Shown: piece after piece, positions 25,703 to 38,595 of the stretch
How the letters are laid out: each line of letters opens with the position of its first letter
Numbering within the stretch: position 1 is the first letter of the stretch
NCBI RefSeq assembly: GCF_963676685.1
Contig: NC_092348.1
Location: 39,618,001 to 39,682,000 of the forward strand
From: Mytilus edulis
Taxonomy: Eukaryota
Direction of reading: 5' to 3'
Length of the DNA: 64,000 nucleotides
Notes under the pieces: generated by a model
What the model was told of the DNA's origin: nothing
The model's database searches: none
The model's input: only the letters and a program-made list of their open reading frames with translations
Translations under genes and position numbers: made by a program

Positions 25703-27054
25703 TTAGGCAAATTTCTGAATAATGTGTTCTCTAAGAGTTTGAACATTAGCAGGTGCAATATCTCTAATATGGTTATCTCCATTGTCAATAAAATCAGATG
25801 TAAAATCTGGAAGTGGCAACTTGTCATCTATACACTTATTGTGGAGTTTAAAAACAGCTGTCACAACTATTGCAGATTTGTCAGGTGTAAATGGCAAACA
25901 GCCGCCTGTTTTATGCAAACATCTGTAATGAAAAAAGAACAAAGTTTTTTTACATTGGAAATTGTTGTAATTTGCACATAAAAAGAAGAAAATTGTATCA
26001 TTCTTCATATTTTATTAATAAGATGTGGTATGAATCATTCTTCATATTTTATTAATAAGATGTGGTATGAGTGTCAATGAGACAAACTCTACACCCAAGA
26101 CAGAATGTAGTTGAATTAGGTAACAATACAACTTCCTCAAAAGGAGTCTTGGTGCACACGGAACAGCAAGTTATAGAGGGCATAAAAATGACCAGTGTTT
26201 TTCTTTCATTAACATATTTAAAATGATCTTTTTTGAAATTTGAAAATAATAAAAATAAAAATTACCTATATCTAGATTTGCATACACCAAAGGCCTTTTC
26301 CACTATGGTGCGTGTTTTTGAGTGTTTGGATTTAATTTTGGAGTAAGCAAATACTTTTTTAGACCATATCCAGAATCTTCCAGTAACCATCCATCTACAT
26401 TGTTCTCTTCAAAAAAGTATCCCAATTCAGAGTTTGAAAATATGTACGAGTCGTGTACACTGCCTGGAAATTTTGCTACTAGGTTTGTAAATCTGAAATA
26501 AAAATAAAATGTGTACATGCATAAACTTAAATTATTTAATGTTGCCTTTCCTACCCTATTTTATGAATTTAATTTCAATGCTTATTTTCAGGTTGTTGCT
26601 TTTTTCATCAGTGAATTATGATACTATTATCTGTTATTTTTATTGGTTGGTTTTTTTTTTGTTTCCTGGATATAACAGGTACAGTAGCAAATTAGTAGTC
26701 TCCATATAAATATAATATCATATCATATTTCAAGTTTTGTTTTCACTCACCTCATCTCATGATCCACAACTGCCTGTATGCAGGTTCATTCTCTTTTGGA
26801 GCAATAATAGGGATCAGAGTACCATCTACTGCACCAATAACATTTGGGACCTTGGCAATACGATAAAGTCCCCTTTTTACCACATTCATCTCAGCTTCTG
26901 TTGATGGAAATTTATGTTGTCCATTTCTGATACAATGGCTTTAGATACTCTTGTGATGCATCTAGAAACGCTGGCTTTTGAAATTCCGTGCAAATCTCCG
27001 ACTTCAGAGTAAAAAATGCCTTTTTGCATAATATATCAAAAAGAGACCAATACC
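25703..27054 (-). pseudogene. PIF/Harbinger (HARBI1-like) transposase relic with introns
   Basis: Exon fragments: VGDLHGISKASVSRCI, FPST..PNVIGAVDGTLIPIIAP, FTNLVAKFPGSVHDSYIF..LLEDSGYG..LLTP, IVVTAVFKLHNKCI. Confidence 0.85.
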
Positions 27055-27608
27055 TGAAAAAAAGGGGTTGAAAAACTTGAATACTGGAGAATCATCAAAT
27101 GGTAATTATTGAATATCAGTTTTGCCTCATTCACTTGAAGTTTGAACAGGACAAGCGAGGCAATCATTGCTTTAATGTGTATTATGTGTATATTTAGTCC
27201 ATACAAGTTATTGACCTTGCATCTTCAATCAGGGTTCATTTCCTATTTACATTCTTAAATTTTGGTTCTGTTTTCAAATTAGTCTACATTAAAGTTCAAA
27301 GGGTCCCAAATTAAACTAAGTTTGATTTAAACAATAATTGAATTATTGGGGTTCTTTGTTATGCTGAATTTAAACATGTACTTTTTCCGCGGTTTTTTTG
27401 TGAATGTAAACAGAAAGATACGAGGACCGAGAATACTGAACAGAAACAAGAGAAAATGTTGCTATTGCTTTGCGTGTCTGACGTCAGAAAATTTTATACG
27501 TCACATATTTTTGTCGTTCAATGTTTATACAAACAATTTTGAAATTTCACATGGGCAATGTTAGCATACAGGGTTCGAATTTATTGATTATCTTAATATA
27601 ATCACAAT

Positions 27609-28218
27609 ATGGGTAAATCTTGCACAAAATTTCAGAGGAGAAAACATCAGAAGAAGAAATTTTGCTAGACTCAGAGATTGCATTTCGGCAAAGTTGCAAA
27701 GACTGACGGGAAACAGAGTCGTTAAAATAATAATTCAACAATCACTTATTCCATCTTCATCAAATGTGAGTCACCGAACTTACATATTATCAACGAAGAA
27801 TGAAAATATCTCGCCAAATTACGTCGTGATGGAATTTAAACGAAGCGCATCCATTTTTAGTGGCTGAGCATTCACACATGATGAACCAGAACTGGAGTTG
27901 ATAAATTTGGAAAACAAGGATGAATTTGGAGCTACGACAACTATTGCCGACGAAAATGTGCTACATACGGTCAAATGTGATCCTTCAACATCTATAATTT
28001 TGAAATAAAATTTAAATAAAAAGGCAAGGCCAAAAGCAACCAAAGTGATAAGAACATCCATGATGATAGAAAATGAAGACATTACTATTCCAGTGGAAGT
28101 TGTCTCATCAAATACAAACATTCCACTTACCTCAAGAACACTTCTAACTGTTTCACCAATTAAATCAGTGCAACAGATGAACTTAGACGAGTGGATGTAT
28201 CGACAATTAAACGATTAA
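27609..28218 (+). pseudogene. Orphan family A copy (longest, ~200 codons, frameshift and stops)
   Basis: MGKSCTKFQRRK..RLRDCISAKLQRL..EFKRSA..ARPKATKVIRTS..PIKSVQQMNLDEWMYRQLND*. Paralogous to 17541-18100 and 16820-17105. Confidence 0.55.
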
Positions 28219-28734
28219 AATGCGGGTGTTTGTTTTATATGTGATTGTTTTTTGGTTTTCTTTTTTTTTTTTTTTTTTTTTTTATTTATAACTTTAAACT
28301 TTTTTGTGACATATTTAATCCGTTAACATAACACGACGTTCATTATGCATATATGCTAACTATATTTATGATGTACCTTACCAAATGACATAATATGATA
28401 CACATGGCAGGTGTCCAGCAGTATTGTTTAGCTTATGTGGGCTCATGCATTATTTGCCAACATCACAGTAGAAAATCAAGATTTTAGAGTATCAAGAGTA
28501 TTCAATTTCTTTGTCCTTAGAATCTCTAATGATGACAAAACTCTTTGTGTTCAGTACTTTTTAAGGATGTAGTCAGGTCCATTTAACAAAGTAAAAGTTT
28601 CAAATCAACATTGTTTAAAGTTAGGAAATCTACGATCTTTTGTTAAATGACCTTTTCGATTTCATATTATAGACGTCTTTTTTTGTTAATTATATGTATT
28701 TACATACATTTGTAGTTCTTTTTTTTTTTTTGTG

Positions 28735-29115
28735 ACAAAGCATAATCATTTGTGTTGATTTGGAAAGCAGAGGACCATAGAATACATGTGTAAAAACAAT
28801 GGAGTTGTAAAATGTATTCAAAGTATTAAACTTATCGAAGGAAAATGGGGTTTTTTTTTACCATGAAGAACCGCATCACGAAATTATTTTCGGGATATGC
28901 TCATCACGGGAAATTGAATCACACTTTGTATTCCAAAAATTTAACAACACATAAGAAAAATGGATCAGCTTTAAAAAGAACCATCATTCCTAAGAAAAAT
29001 GGATCAGTTTTAAAAAGAGCCAACATCCCTAAGAAAAATGGATCAGCTTTAAAAAGAGCCAACATCCTTATCCGTGCTTACGATACTGACTGAACTACAG
29101 ACGTTACCATTATCC
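28735..29115 (+). pseudogene. Orphan family B fragment with internal 39-bp triplication
   Basis: catttgtgttgatttggaaagcagag..ttcaaagtattaa..ccgcatcacg..acgttaccatta matches the reverse complements of 11690-12010 and 42576-42895. The unit taagaaaaatggatcag.tttaaaaaga is repeated three times at 28952-29068. Confidence 0.6.
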
Positions 29116-29157
29116 ATTACCATTATTTAGTCAAAGGTACCAGGATTATAATTTAGT

Positions 29158-29203
29158 ACGCCAGACGCGCGTTTCGTCTACATAAGACTCACCAGTGACG
29201 CTC
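29158..29203 (-). ncRNA. Hammerhead ribozyme copy, core mutated (CUGGUGA), in a retrozyme monomer (29130-29437)
   Basis: Same family as 60227-60272. Confidence 0.7.
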
Positions 29204-29599
29204 ATATCAAAATATTTATAAAGCCAAACAAGTACAAAATTGAAGAGTATTTAGGATCGAAAATTTCAAAAAGTTGTGCCAAATACGGCTAAGGTAATCT
29301 ATTCCTGGGATAAGAAAATCCTTATTTTTTTCGAAAAAATTCAACGTTTTGTAAACAGGAAATTTATAAAAATTGACCACATTATTGATATTCATGTCAA
29401 CGCTGAAGTGTTGACTACTGGGCTGGTGATACCCTCGTAACGATATATCTTTGAATTTGTATCCACATTTGTCACATGTGCCTTAGAATAAATCTTCTAC
29501 TAACATTTCTAATACTGTAGACCTAAACACAAGAAACTGTGACCATGGCTATTTCTTATACTGCGACCTTCAATACTCAAATAGTGCTTAACAGTTACC

Positions 29600-30300
29600 G
29601 TAAGGTGAAATTTTACACTGACATACCAACAGCAGTTCTTGAAACACTCCTTTTCTTTTATCAAGCCTGTGCACGTGGTTAAAAAATATGATATATTTGC
29701 ATTGACCTAGAACAGTATCCACTCCCTTGATATATAAAGGATATTTTATAACTTTCAAACATACGTTATATCTGCGTCAAGAATATGTGCTTACCCTGAT
29801 GAAACTTAGACTAGGCTTGTCTGAAGATCTTGCAGATCGTTTTGGAATCTCAACGGCAACTTTATTCAGTTTATTTACAACATGGATTAGAATGCTGTCA
29901 AGTATACACGGTAAAGTTGTTTCAAACCATTCAAAGAAGGTTATAAGGGCAGGTCTACCACTATCCTGTAAGAACCAAAGGTACCAAGATGTTTGCCACA
30001 TGAAAGATTTGAAAGAGGTTTTTTTTGGAAAGGCGAAATAATCTGGCAATTCACGAGGCTCTTACTTGGAGTAATTACAATTATCACCAAACTGCAAAGT
30101 TTCTGGTTAGCATAACTCCATCAGGAATGATAAACCATGAATCAAAAGCCTACGGCGGAAGGGCAAGCGATAAATTCATAATAAACAAAGCAGGTTTCTT
30201 GAAATCATAGGTTATGATAAGGTTAAGGCAGATTTCAAATTCGATAAGAAAGGGCATTTGTTTTTGGCAGAAACCCTTTTTTAACCCTTCTATGGATATT
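29600..30300 (+). pseudogene. ISL2EU/Harbinger-type transposase relic (different family from 47063-48430)
   Basis: EYVLTLMKLRLGL..DLADRFGIS..FTTWIRML (HTH_Tnp_4-like) and TWSNY..TAKFLVSITPSG..AYGGRASDKFI (DDE_Tnp_4-like). Confidence 0.85.
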
Positions 30301-30309
30301 ACTTACACA

Positions 30310-30812
30310 TTTTCTGCTTCAAACAAAAACTCATCGAGAGGGGAATATTACGGTCTTTTTAAAATCGACTTTGGCTTAGAAAAAAATTTATTCAGACTCT
30401 CATCTGCAGTAGTAAAATATAACTAAGATGCGATGCTGCGGCCTAAAATTCCAATTGAAACAGGAAGATGGAAGGGAATTCATAGAGATGAAAGACAATG
30501 TCATCTCCGCTCATTGCAAATTGGAAATGAGTTTCACTACTTATTTGAGTGCCAATCTGATATTCTTAAAATATCAGAAAAAAAATATATTTCAGAATAT
30601 TACCGCATTTATCCATGTGTTGAGGAATGAAGGGACTGCTTTCATTTTGAAATATCAAAGTTCTTAAAAACTTATCATTATTAAGAAATTATTCAAAATA
30701 TTGTAATCAATATGATTATATGTTCACATTGTTTTGTAGTAGCCACAATAATGACTATGTATGTTGCCTCTTGTTGCACATGTAAATATGTGGCTGAGTG
30801 TTTCCAAATAAA
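30310..30812 (+). pseudogene. LINE ORF2 3' end relic (C-terminal Cys/His motif and 3' UTR)
   Basis: KIPIETGRWKGIHRDERQC..IGNEFHYLFEC motif; AATAAA near 30807. Confidence 0.7.
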
Positions 30813-31417
30813 CATTGCTTGCCAGCATGGTTATCCGGCATTTTGAACATTTAAAAATTGTATTTGGAGCTTAAGTGTATGAAGTTTACAGATTATCTAT
30901 CAAACATACGAATTAATGAAACTGTATCGCAAGGATGACCGTTTACATTATTTGATGCCGCCAACGTGATATTCCAGAGACGTTATGAACTGCATTTGCA
31001 ACTCCATCCTCCGCATACTTCCCTTCATTTTTTTTAACCTGAAATTATGCGCGTAATACTTAGTATGCACACATATGAGACCATAAAAAATTCAGAAAAC
31101 TTCCCTGTAATATAACTTTTTGTACATTTTGTGTTATCTCTCTTACCACCGCTAGATTAAAGTAATACACGATGTGGTTTTAAAGTATAATGCAAAACTT
31201 TTCCTCGAACTCCACTAAATCACTGCCATTAAAATCTGATACCTTATGGGAATTATAAACGTTGAATGAGGGGTATTTTATGGCACCGGTACAGAAATAA
31301 AGTGGTATTTACAAAAGAGAAGAGAAAAACGAAATGAACAAAAGCGGACAATACTTTATGGAGTCTAACGCAAGCATGTAAAAGAAAACACGAAGTACGA
31401 GTTTCAATATAAAATAG

Positions 31418-32330
31418 ACTAAATTTTATCACCGGTATAAGGAAATAATTCGTAAATATAACTCAACATGCAGACATCTTATACGTTCAGGTATTTCACA
31501 TCCAAAATTTTATGGAAATATTCTTTATAAAGCACAAAAATGTCAGTATTCTCCTCAGAAACTAACAAAACCTTTAAATAGACTTATTAAAAGGGGATAT
31601 AGTTACGATACTGTTGTCAGGTCATTAAAGATTGCATATTTTGGCTTTAACATTGATTCACTGATAGGGTCTTTGCATCGGAACTAAACACATTTATTTC
31701 TAAAAAAAACAGTTGTTGGCATGACACGGGTTATGTTCTTCTCATATATTTTATGATAGTATGATACTAAACCCCTAACGGGAGGGATTGTACCTGATAT
31801 TCATATGATGAAGACATAATCTTTCAATCAGTTTAATTGAGGTCTGGAGCTGGCATGTCAGTTAACTGCTAGTAGTCTGTTGTTATTTATGTATTATTGT
31901 CATTTTATTTATTTTCTTTTGTTACATCTTTTGACATCAGACTCGGACTTTTCTTGAACTGAATTTTAATGTGCGTATTGTTATTGTTTTACTTTTCTAC
32001 ATTGGCTAGAGGTATAGGGGGAGGGTTGAGATCTCATAAACATGTTTAACCCCGCCGCAATTTTGCGCCTGTCCCAAGTCAGGAGCCTCTGGCCTTTGTT
32101 AGTCTTGTATGATTTTAAATTTTAGTTTCTTGTGTATAATTCGGAGTTTAGTATGACGTCCATTATCACTGTACTATTATGCATATTTTAGGGGCCAGCT
32201 GAAGGACACCTACGGGTGCGGGAATTCTCGCTACATTGAAGACCCATTGGTTGCCTTCGGCTGTTGTTTGCTCTATGGTCGGGTGGTTGTCGCTTTGACA
32301 TATTCACCATTTCCTTTCTCAATTTTATAT
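31418..32330 (+). mobile_element. Penelope-like retroelement, 5'-truncated copy (ORF tail plus 3' region)
   Basis: Closely similar to ~61836-62745 (TKFYHRYKEIIRKY..SLHRN* and the entire downstream region, ending tttctcaattttatat). Confidence 0.8.
32004..32094 (+). ncRNA. Twister ribozyme, type-P5 permutation (candidate)
   Basis: P5 GGCUAGAGG/CCUCUGGCC, P2' GGGG, GAGGG, then U^AA CCCC GCC, P3 GCA-auuu-UGC, and CCUG UCCCAAGU CAGG. All conserved twister core elements occur in permuted order. Confidence 0.75.
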
Positions 32331-32596
32331 TTGAAAGAAAAGAAGATGTAAGGACTTTTATTCTTTGGGATATCCGTAGACTGTCTGTTTGAGAGTGCAA
32401 GATGTATAATTACGCAGCCACGTCGTCGGTCAGAATATCGACTTTAAGTCCTAGGCCTCGCTAAGAGAGGGAGAGTGCTATGTAGACTTCCAATCATTCA
32501 ATCAACCAACCAACCAATCAATTTTTTAAACCGTTCTGCGTGCAATTTGTTAGGCCAAGAGATAATCAATTATGTTGACAATATCGAAATTCGTGG

Positions 32597-33484
32597 TTTT
32601 TTGTTGAGCCTGCAACGTTTGTCGCAGAAAGCTCGACATAGGGATAGTGATCCGGCGGTGGAGTTAGCTAACTTCTTAAAAGCTTTATATTTTAGAAGGT
32701 TATAGACCTGGATGCTTCATACTTCGTATATGGATGCCTTATGTTACGAAGTTTCAATGACCTTGACCTCATTTTCAGGGTTCAGTGAATAATTGAAAAA
32801 AAAGTTCAGATTTTTTGTAATGGTAAATTCTCTCTTATTATAAGTAATAGGATAATTGTATTTGATATGTGCGTACCATATAAGGTCCTAATGCCCGTCA
32901 GACAGTTTCCACTTGACCTCGACCTCATTTCATGGATCACTGAACAAGGTTAAATTTTGGTGGTCAAGTTCACATCTCAGATACTTTAAGCAATAGGTCT
33001 AGTATATTTGGTGTATGGAATGACTGTGAGGTGTACATGTCCAACTGGCTTGTGTCATCTGACCTTGACCCCATTTTCGTGGTTCAGTGGTTATAAAGTT
33101 TTTGTGTTTTGGTCTGTTTTTCTAATACTATATGCAATAGGTCATTTATATTTGGTGTATGGAAATATTTTATGATCTATATGTCAGTCCCGCAGGTTTT
33201 ATTTTACCTTGGCCTCATTTTCACGGTTCATTACTCAGTGTTAAGTTTTTGTGTTTTGGTTTGTTTTTCTATAGGCAATAGATCAACTATTTTTGTTGTA
33301 TAGAAGAATTGTTTGCTGTACATGCCTGCCTGGTATGGTTCATCTGACCTCGACCTTATTTTCATGGTTCATTGGTCAATGTTAAGTTTATGTGACAGTT
33401 GTAATAAAGCTTTATATTTAGGACTATCAACATTATATCAATGATAAGAAGACCGCGAGACATTTCAGCGTGTGCATTCTTGTT
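32597..33484 (+). mobile_element. HINE-type non-autonomous element (second family)
   Basis: T-run start, 5' palindrome, internal repeated tgaccttgacctcattttca units, and a 3' end gcgagaca..gtgtgca.tcttgtt. Confidence 0.6.
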
Positions 33485-33656
33485 AAGAAGAAACGGCGCA
33501 AAATACTTAAAAGCAATCCGGCACTTCAAGGAGGAGTACAAATTTACGAATATATTAACGACGTGTGAACGAAATTGTATGTAAAACCTCGGAAAATGTG
33601 GATTATCTTAAATATTAACACAGAAATTGTTTCAAGTACAAATTATCGGTAGAAGA

Positions 33657-35347
33657 AACAAGAGGCTCTCAAGAGCCTGAATCGCTCACCTGGTAAACAA
33701 TGCCTTATTGAACATATTGAACCATGCCAGGCAAACATGTACAGCTAAGTTCATTATAAAAAGTGAACTCTTATTTAGGTTTGAATATTACAACGGGAAA
33801 GGATAATTTTGTAAGGTCATTTGAAAGTGTGAATATGTTCTAAATTGGTCAGACAATACATTTTGAAACTCCTACCTGAAACAGCAAAACAGTTAAATGA
33901 TTTCATTAATAACAGTTAGGCATGGACCATTTAACTTGTAGGGGGACATGGTTTTTTTTTCTGGTCAGAATATTTTCTATTTTTTGCAAATTGCAAATTG
34001 AAAATTTCAGGACAGGTAGACCTTGACCTAATAAATATTTTAACTTCTAGTCTTATTTGCTCTAAATGCTGGAGTTTTTTTTAGATATAAGCCAAAAACT
34101 GCATTTTACCCTGTGTTCTATTTTTAGCCATGACGGCCATGTTTTTAGACAAAATAGAAAATAAAACACAAACTTTATTTTATACATCCTACTGATCATT
34201 CAGTTGAAGTTTGGTTGAATTTGGTTGAGTAGTTTTAGAGGAGAAGATTTTTTAAAGTTAGCAAATATGATGAACAAATTGTGAAAAATTGTCATTAAAG
34301 GACAATAACCCCTTAAGGGGTCAATTGACAATTTTGGTCATATTTAACTTATTTGTAGATCTTACTTTGCTGATCATTTTTGCTGTTTACAGTTTATCTT
34401 TATCTATAATGATATTCAAGATAATGACCAAAAACTGCAAAATTTCCTTAAAATTACCAATTAAGTGGCAGCAACCCAACAATGGTTTGTTTGATTCGTC
34501 TGAAAATTTCAGGGCTGATAGATCTTGACCTAATGAACATTTTTACCCCTGTCAGATTTGCTCTAAATGCTTTCGTTTTTGAGATATAAGCCAAAAACTG
34601 CATTTGACCCCTATGTTCTAGTTTAAGTAACGGCGGCCATGTTTTTTGACGGATCAAAAATCGAAGCACACACTTTGTGCAGGATAATCTAAGGAACTAT
34701 CATGCTAAGTTTCATCCAAATCCATTCCGTAGTTTCAGAGGAGAAGATTTTTTTAAAGTTAGCAAATATGATGAACAAATTGTGAAAAATTGTCATTAAA
34801 GGACATTTACCCCTTAAGGGGTCAATTGACAATTTTGGTCATATTAACCTATTTGTAGATCTTACTTTGCTGATCATTTTTGCAGTTTATCTTTATCTTT
34901 ATCTATAATGATATTCAAGATAATGACCAAAAACTGCAAAATTTCCTTAAAATTACCAATTAAGTGGCAGCAACCCAACAATGGTTTGTTTGATTCATCT
35001 GAAAATTTCTGGGCTGATAGATCTTGACCTAATGAACATTTTTACCCCATGTCAGATTTGCTCTAAATGCTTCCGTTTTTTAGATATAAGCCAAAAACTG
35101 CATTTGACCCCTATGTTCTATTTTAAGTAGCGGCGGCCATGTTTTTTGACGGATCAAAAATCGAAGCACACACTTTGTGCAGGATAATCTAAGGAACAAT
35201 CATTTTAAGTTTCATTCAAATCCATTCAGTAGTTTCAGAGGAGAAGATGTTTGAAAAATTGTTAACGACGACAGACGACGACGACGACGACGGAGGCCAA
35301 GTGATGAGAAAAGCTCACATGGCCTTTTATGCCAGGTGAGCTAAAAA
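33657..35347 (-). mobile_element. HINE with ~500-bp internal tandem repeats
   Basis: Same terminal modules as 23471-25310 (gctcacctgg sub-TIRs, hairpin AGGCTC-TCAA-GAGCCT, GAC microsatellite). Core unit at ~34015, 34518 and 35017. Confidence 0.85.
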
Positions 35348-35643
35348 CTGATAATTTAAACATGTCCACTGTACAGTGTGAACGATATGAATACGTAGAT
35401 TTAGAACGCGGATATATAATCTAGGAGAAAGCTTATGCTGCAAAGAAGTCACCCAAACCATTTGAAATGTTATCGAATTTTATACAAATACTTTTCCGTA
35501 CCACCAATGTAGCGAGGCATGGCAAACTGATTAGCTGCGATCATTATTAGATAGCTTGCCTGTCAATCTTTGTGTTACAGCAAATTATTACCCAGGGAGC
35601 TACTAAGCCTTGATAAGACTGATATCTTGACGGTACATTTTTA

Positions 35644-35920
35644 AACAAGAATGTGTCCTCAGTACACGAATGCCCCACTCGCACTATCATTTTCCATGTT
35701 CAGTGGACCGTGAAATTGGGGTTAAAACTCTAATTTGGCATTAAAATTAGAAAGATCATATCATAGGGAACATGTGTACTAAGTTTGAAGTCGATTGGAC
35801 TTCAACTTCATCAAAAACTACCTTGACCAAAAACTTTAACCTGGAGCGGGACAGACGGACGAACGGACGCACAGACCAGAAAACATAATGCCCCTCTACT
35901 ATCGTAGGTGGGGCATAAAA
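35644..35920 (-). mobile_element. Short HINE-type element (third family)
   Basis: Minus 5' TTTTATGCCCCACCTACGATAGTAGAGGGGCAT palindrome, GTCC microsatellite, and 3' GGGGCATTCGTGT..ACACATTCTTGTT. Confidence 0.7.
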
Positions 35921-36343
35921 ATGATTGATTGTTGGTTGCTTAACGTCCAGTGGCAAATGTTTCATGCATATTCAGGACGAGAACAAATTCACAATAAATA
36001 AAATAGGTAGGTTGATACGATAGAGGCCATCTGGGATGATGGTCGGGGAAATTTGGACTGCCACGGGAAAATGAGGGTATATTGGATAGGGACAGAAATT
36101 TTGCCTTGCAACAGGCCACCTACGGACCCCTAAAAGAGTTGTTGCAAGGGTTCTTAACGTGCAAAGAGCGTGGCACTCTCTTTACACGAGGCATCGGATT
36201 AAACGTCCCCCTTCTGACAGGACGTGACTGCGAACTCGATACATCCCGCACAGCCAAACGGACGCCCCACTTCGGCAAGCGTTTTACTGCCGGTCGGGAG
36301 AAGACCAAGTGACCATATTTTTATACCCCAGTCACCCTTGGGG
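35921..36343 (-). mobile_element. Meta-domain SINE (bivalve type), tRNA-derived head not recognised
   Basis: Minus strand has ggacgtttaatcc..gccacgctctttgcacgttaagaaccc (Meta-core-like) and the tail ggacgttaagcaaccaacaatcaatca. Confidence 0.6.
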
Positions 36344-37380
36344 AACGTGGTCCTTGGAAAAGATAAGATCGAAAGTTCAGCGGATGGCAAACGCAACTAC
36401 ACTTTACACATAACGTTTAAAAATTAGTTTTAGAATATTAACATGAAATTAGCGACAATCCAGAGTTCTGCACGAATTTAATGATGGCTGTGCTACGCAA
36501 TACAAGAGCCGTCGAAGTTTTTTGGTCCTTTAACAACAACTTTTTTTCCGATTTAGGATATGATTGTCATTAGAAATTAATTTAAACTGCGCAGGCAAAA
36601 GCTGCCTTAGACGCGGCTGGCGATTATATAACAATAACTCTTAATATGATTTGCATAGCAGGACATACTTTAATATAATTGGTCGAGAGGGCTTCCGGTA
36701 GTTCTTGAAGTAATTTATTGTCTCAATAACGTTTGACAACGTTGACGGAACTTCTTTTTGTAACAAATGTAATCAAGATGGCGTCGCTAATGATGCTTAA
36801 CGATAAAAAAAATTATCGATTGTCTATTCCCACTGATCGTTTAATTACATTATAAATGTTACTCAATTCTACGAGTCCATCTGCTATTTACTACAAGACA
36901 AACAATTGAACCGGAGGTTATCTGATCCGACTCGGAGCGGGAAAATCTGTCACCACCGCCTATAACATTTGAATTGGAGCTCAATGAGGTATTGCATCAA
37001 GATGTTCCTGGCTTTGATAAATTTTAGTTGAAGCTTTTGAAACCATTGAATCACACGAGATATTAACCCTTTAAATCCTCCTCAAATCCAGAATTATCAA
37101 AACTCTAAATTACCGCAAATCCAGAATGTTCAGAACTCTAAAAACCAAACACAGTATGCTGCAACACTTAGGGACGAAAATATACAGGATTTAGACACTG
37201 CTTAAACACCAGCTGAATTTCACCAAACTGGTCACCTACAATACAAGCAGATTTAAGCAACTTGACAAGGAAGCACTCTTGGACAAAGGGGAAAAACAAA
37301 ACAGTACAACTACTTAAAAAAAAATACGAAGTGGGGCATAGGAGTTTTCAATTGTAATTAATCTATGTTATTATAAGTAA

Positions 37381-38150
37381 GATGAAGGTAAATCCAGAAA
37401 AGCGCTTCGGACGCAATAAATTATAAAACGTGTTGTTTTCCATTTTTTACATCACTGGGTCGATACCTCTGCTGGTGGACTATCAGTCCCCCGAGGGTAT
37501 CATCAGCTCAGTAGTCAGTGCTTCGGTACTGACATGATTTAACAAACTTTACTAAAATTGTTAGTTTATAAATTTTGAAATTATTATGAAACTAAGGTTT
37601 CAACTCCCTCAGGCAACGTTGGCTTTAGATGAATTTGGCTGTTTATTTTAGGTTTTTTTGACATAAAGCTCTTCAACGATTTTCGGTACTTATACATCTT
37701 CGGATTTCAAATGTTTGGCTTTGAGCGTTCCTGATGAAGGTAAATCCAGAAAAGCGCTTCGGACGCAATAAATTATAAAACGTGTTGTTTTCCATTTTTT
37801 ACATCACTGGGTCGATACCTCTGCTGGTGCACTATCAGTCCCTGAGGGTATCATCAGCTCAGTAGTCGGTGCTTCGATACTGACATGATTTAACAAACTT
37901 TACTAAAATTGTCTGTTTATAAATTTTGAAATTATTATGAAACTAAGGTTTCAACTCCCTCGGGCAAAGTTGGCTTTAAATGAATTTGGCTATTTATTTT
38001 AGGTTTTTTTTACATAAAGCTCTTCAACGATTTTCGGTACTTATACATCTTCGGATTTCAAATGTTTGGCTTTGAGCGTTCCTGATGAAGGTAAATCCAG
38101 AAAAGCGCTTCGGACGCCATAAATTATAAAACGTGTTGTTTTCCAATTTT
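37381..38150 (+). repeat. Tandem retrozyme-like array, ~352-nt unit, with minimal hammerhead ribozymes
   Basis: The unit recurs at 37381, 37733 and 38084. Each junction carries GCGUUC CUGAUGA agg-uaaau-cca GAAA AGCGCU UC GGACGC; the first copy is 5'-clipped. Confidence 0.88.
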
Positions 38151-38595
38151 TTATTATAAATGTACTCCAATGTTTGATTTTCCCCATTTCCCTTTTAACT
38201 ATTGTTTATCAATCAGTATTAGGTATTTGCTTTGAACTAGCTGTCAGTAACTGCGAAGTAGTCTTAGATCTATAATTGGTGTCCTTTCGATCTTGGGATG
38301 TACAAGTACCCGGGCACGTCAACTCTGCGTTTTTAGTTATATGTATTTCTAGTTTTATCTTTTGGATGATTTTTTATTCTTTTCAACTTCTTTTTTATAG
38401 TTTGTTCTTATAATTTTTAACTGTTACATTATTGTTCCATACTAGTTGAAGTTGGGGTTGGTGCCTTCAAATTAGTTAAACCCCGCCACATTATGTATGT
38501 TCCTGTCCCAAGTCATGAATGTGGAATTCAGCGGTTTCCGTTTCATGCTTTGTAACATATTTGTTTGCCGTTCATTATTTTCTACGTATATTAGG

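Noticed and set aside
25703-27054. Host HARBI1 gene
   Set aside because: Frameshifts, deletions and loss of the region bearing the catalytic Glu indicate a decayed Harbinger transposase, so no gene symbol was assigned.
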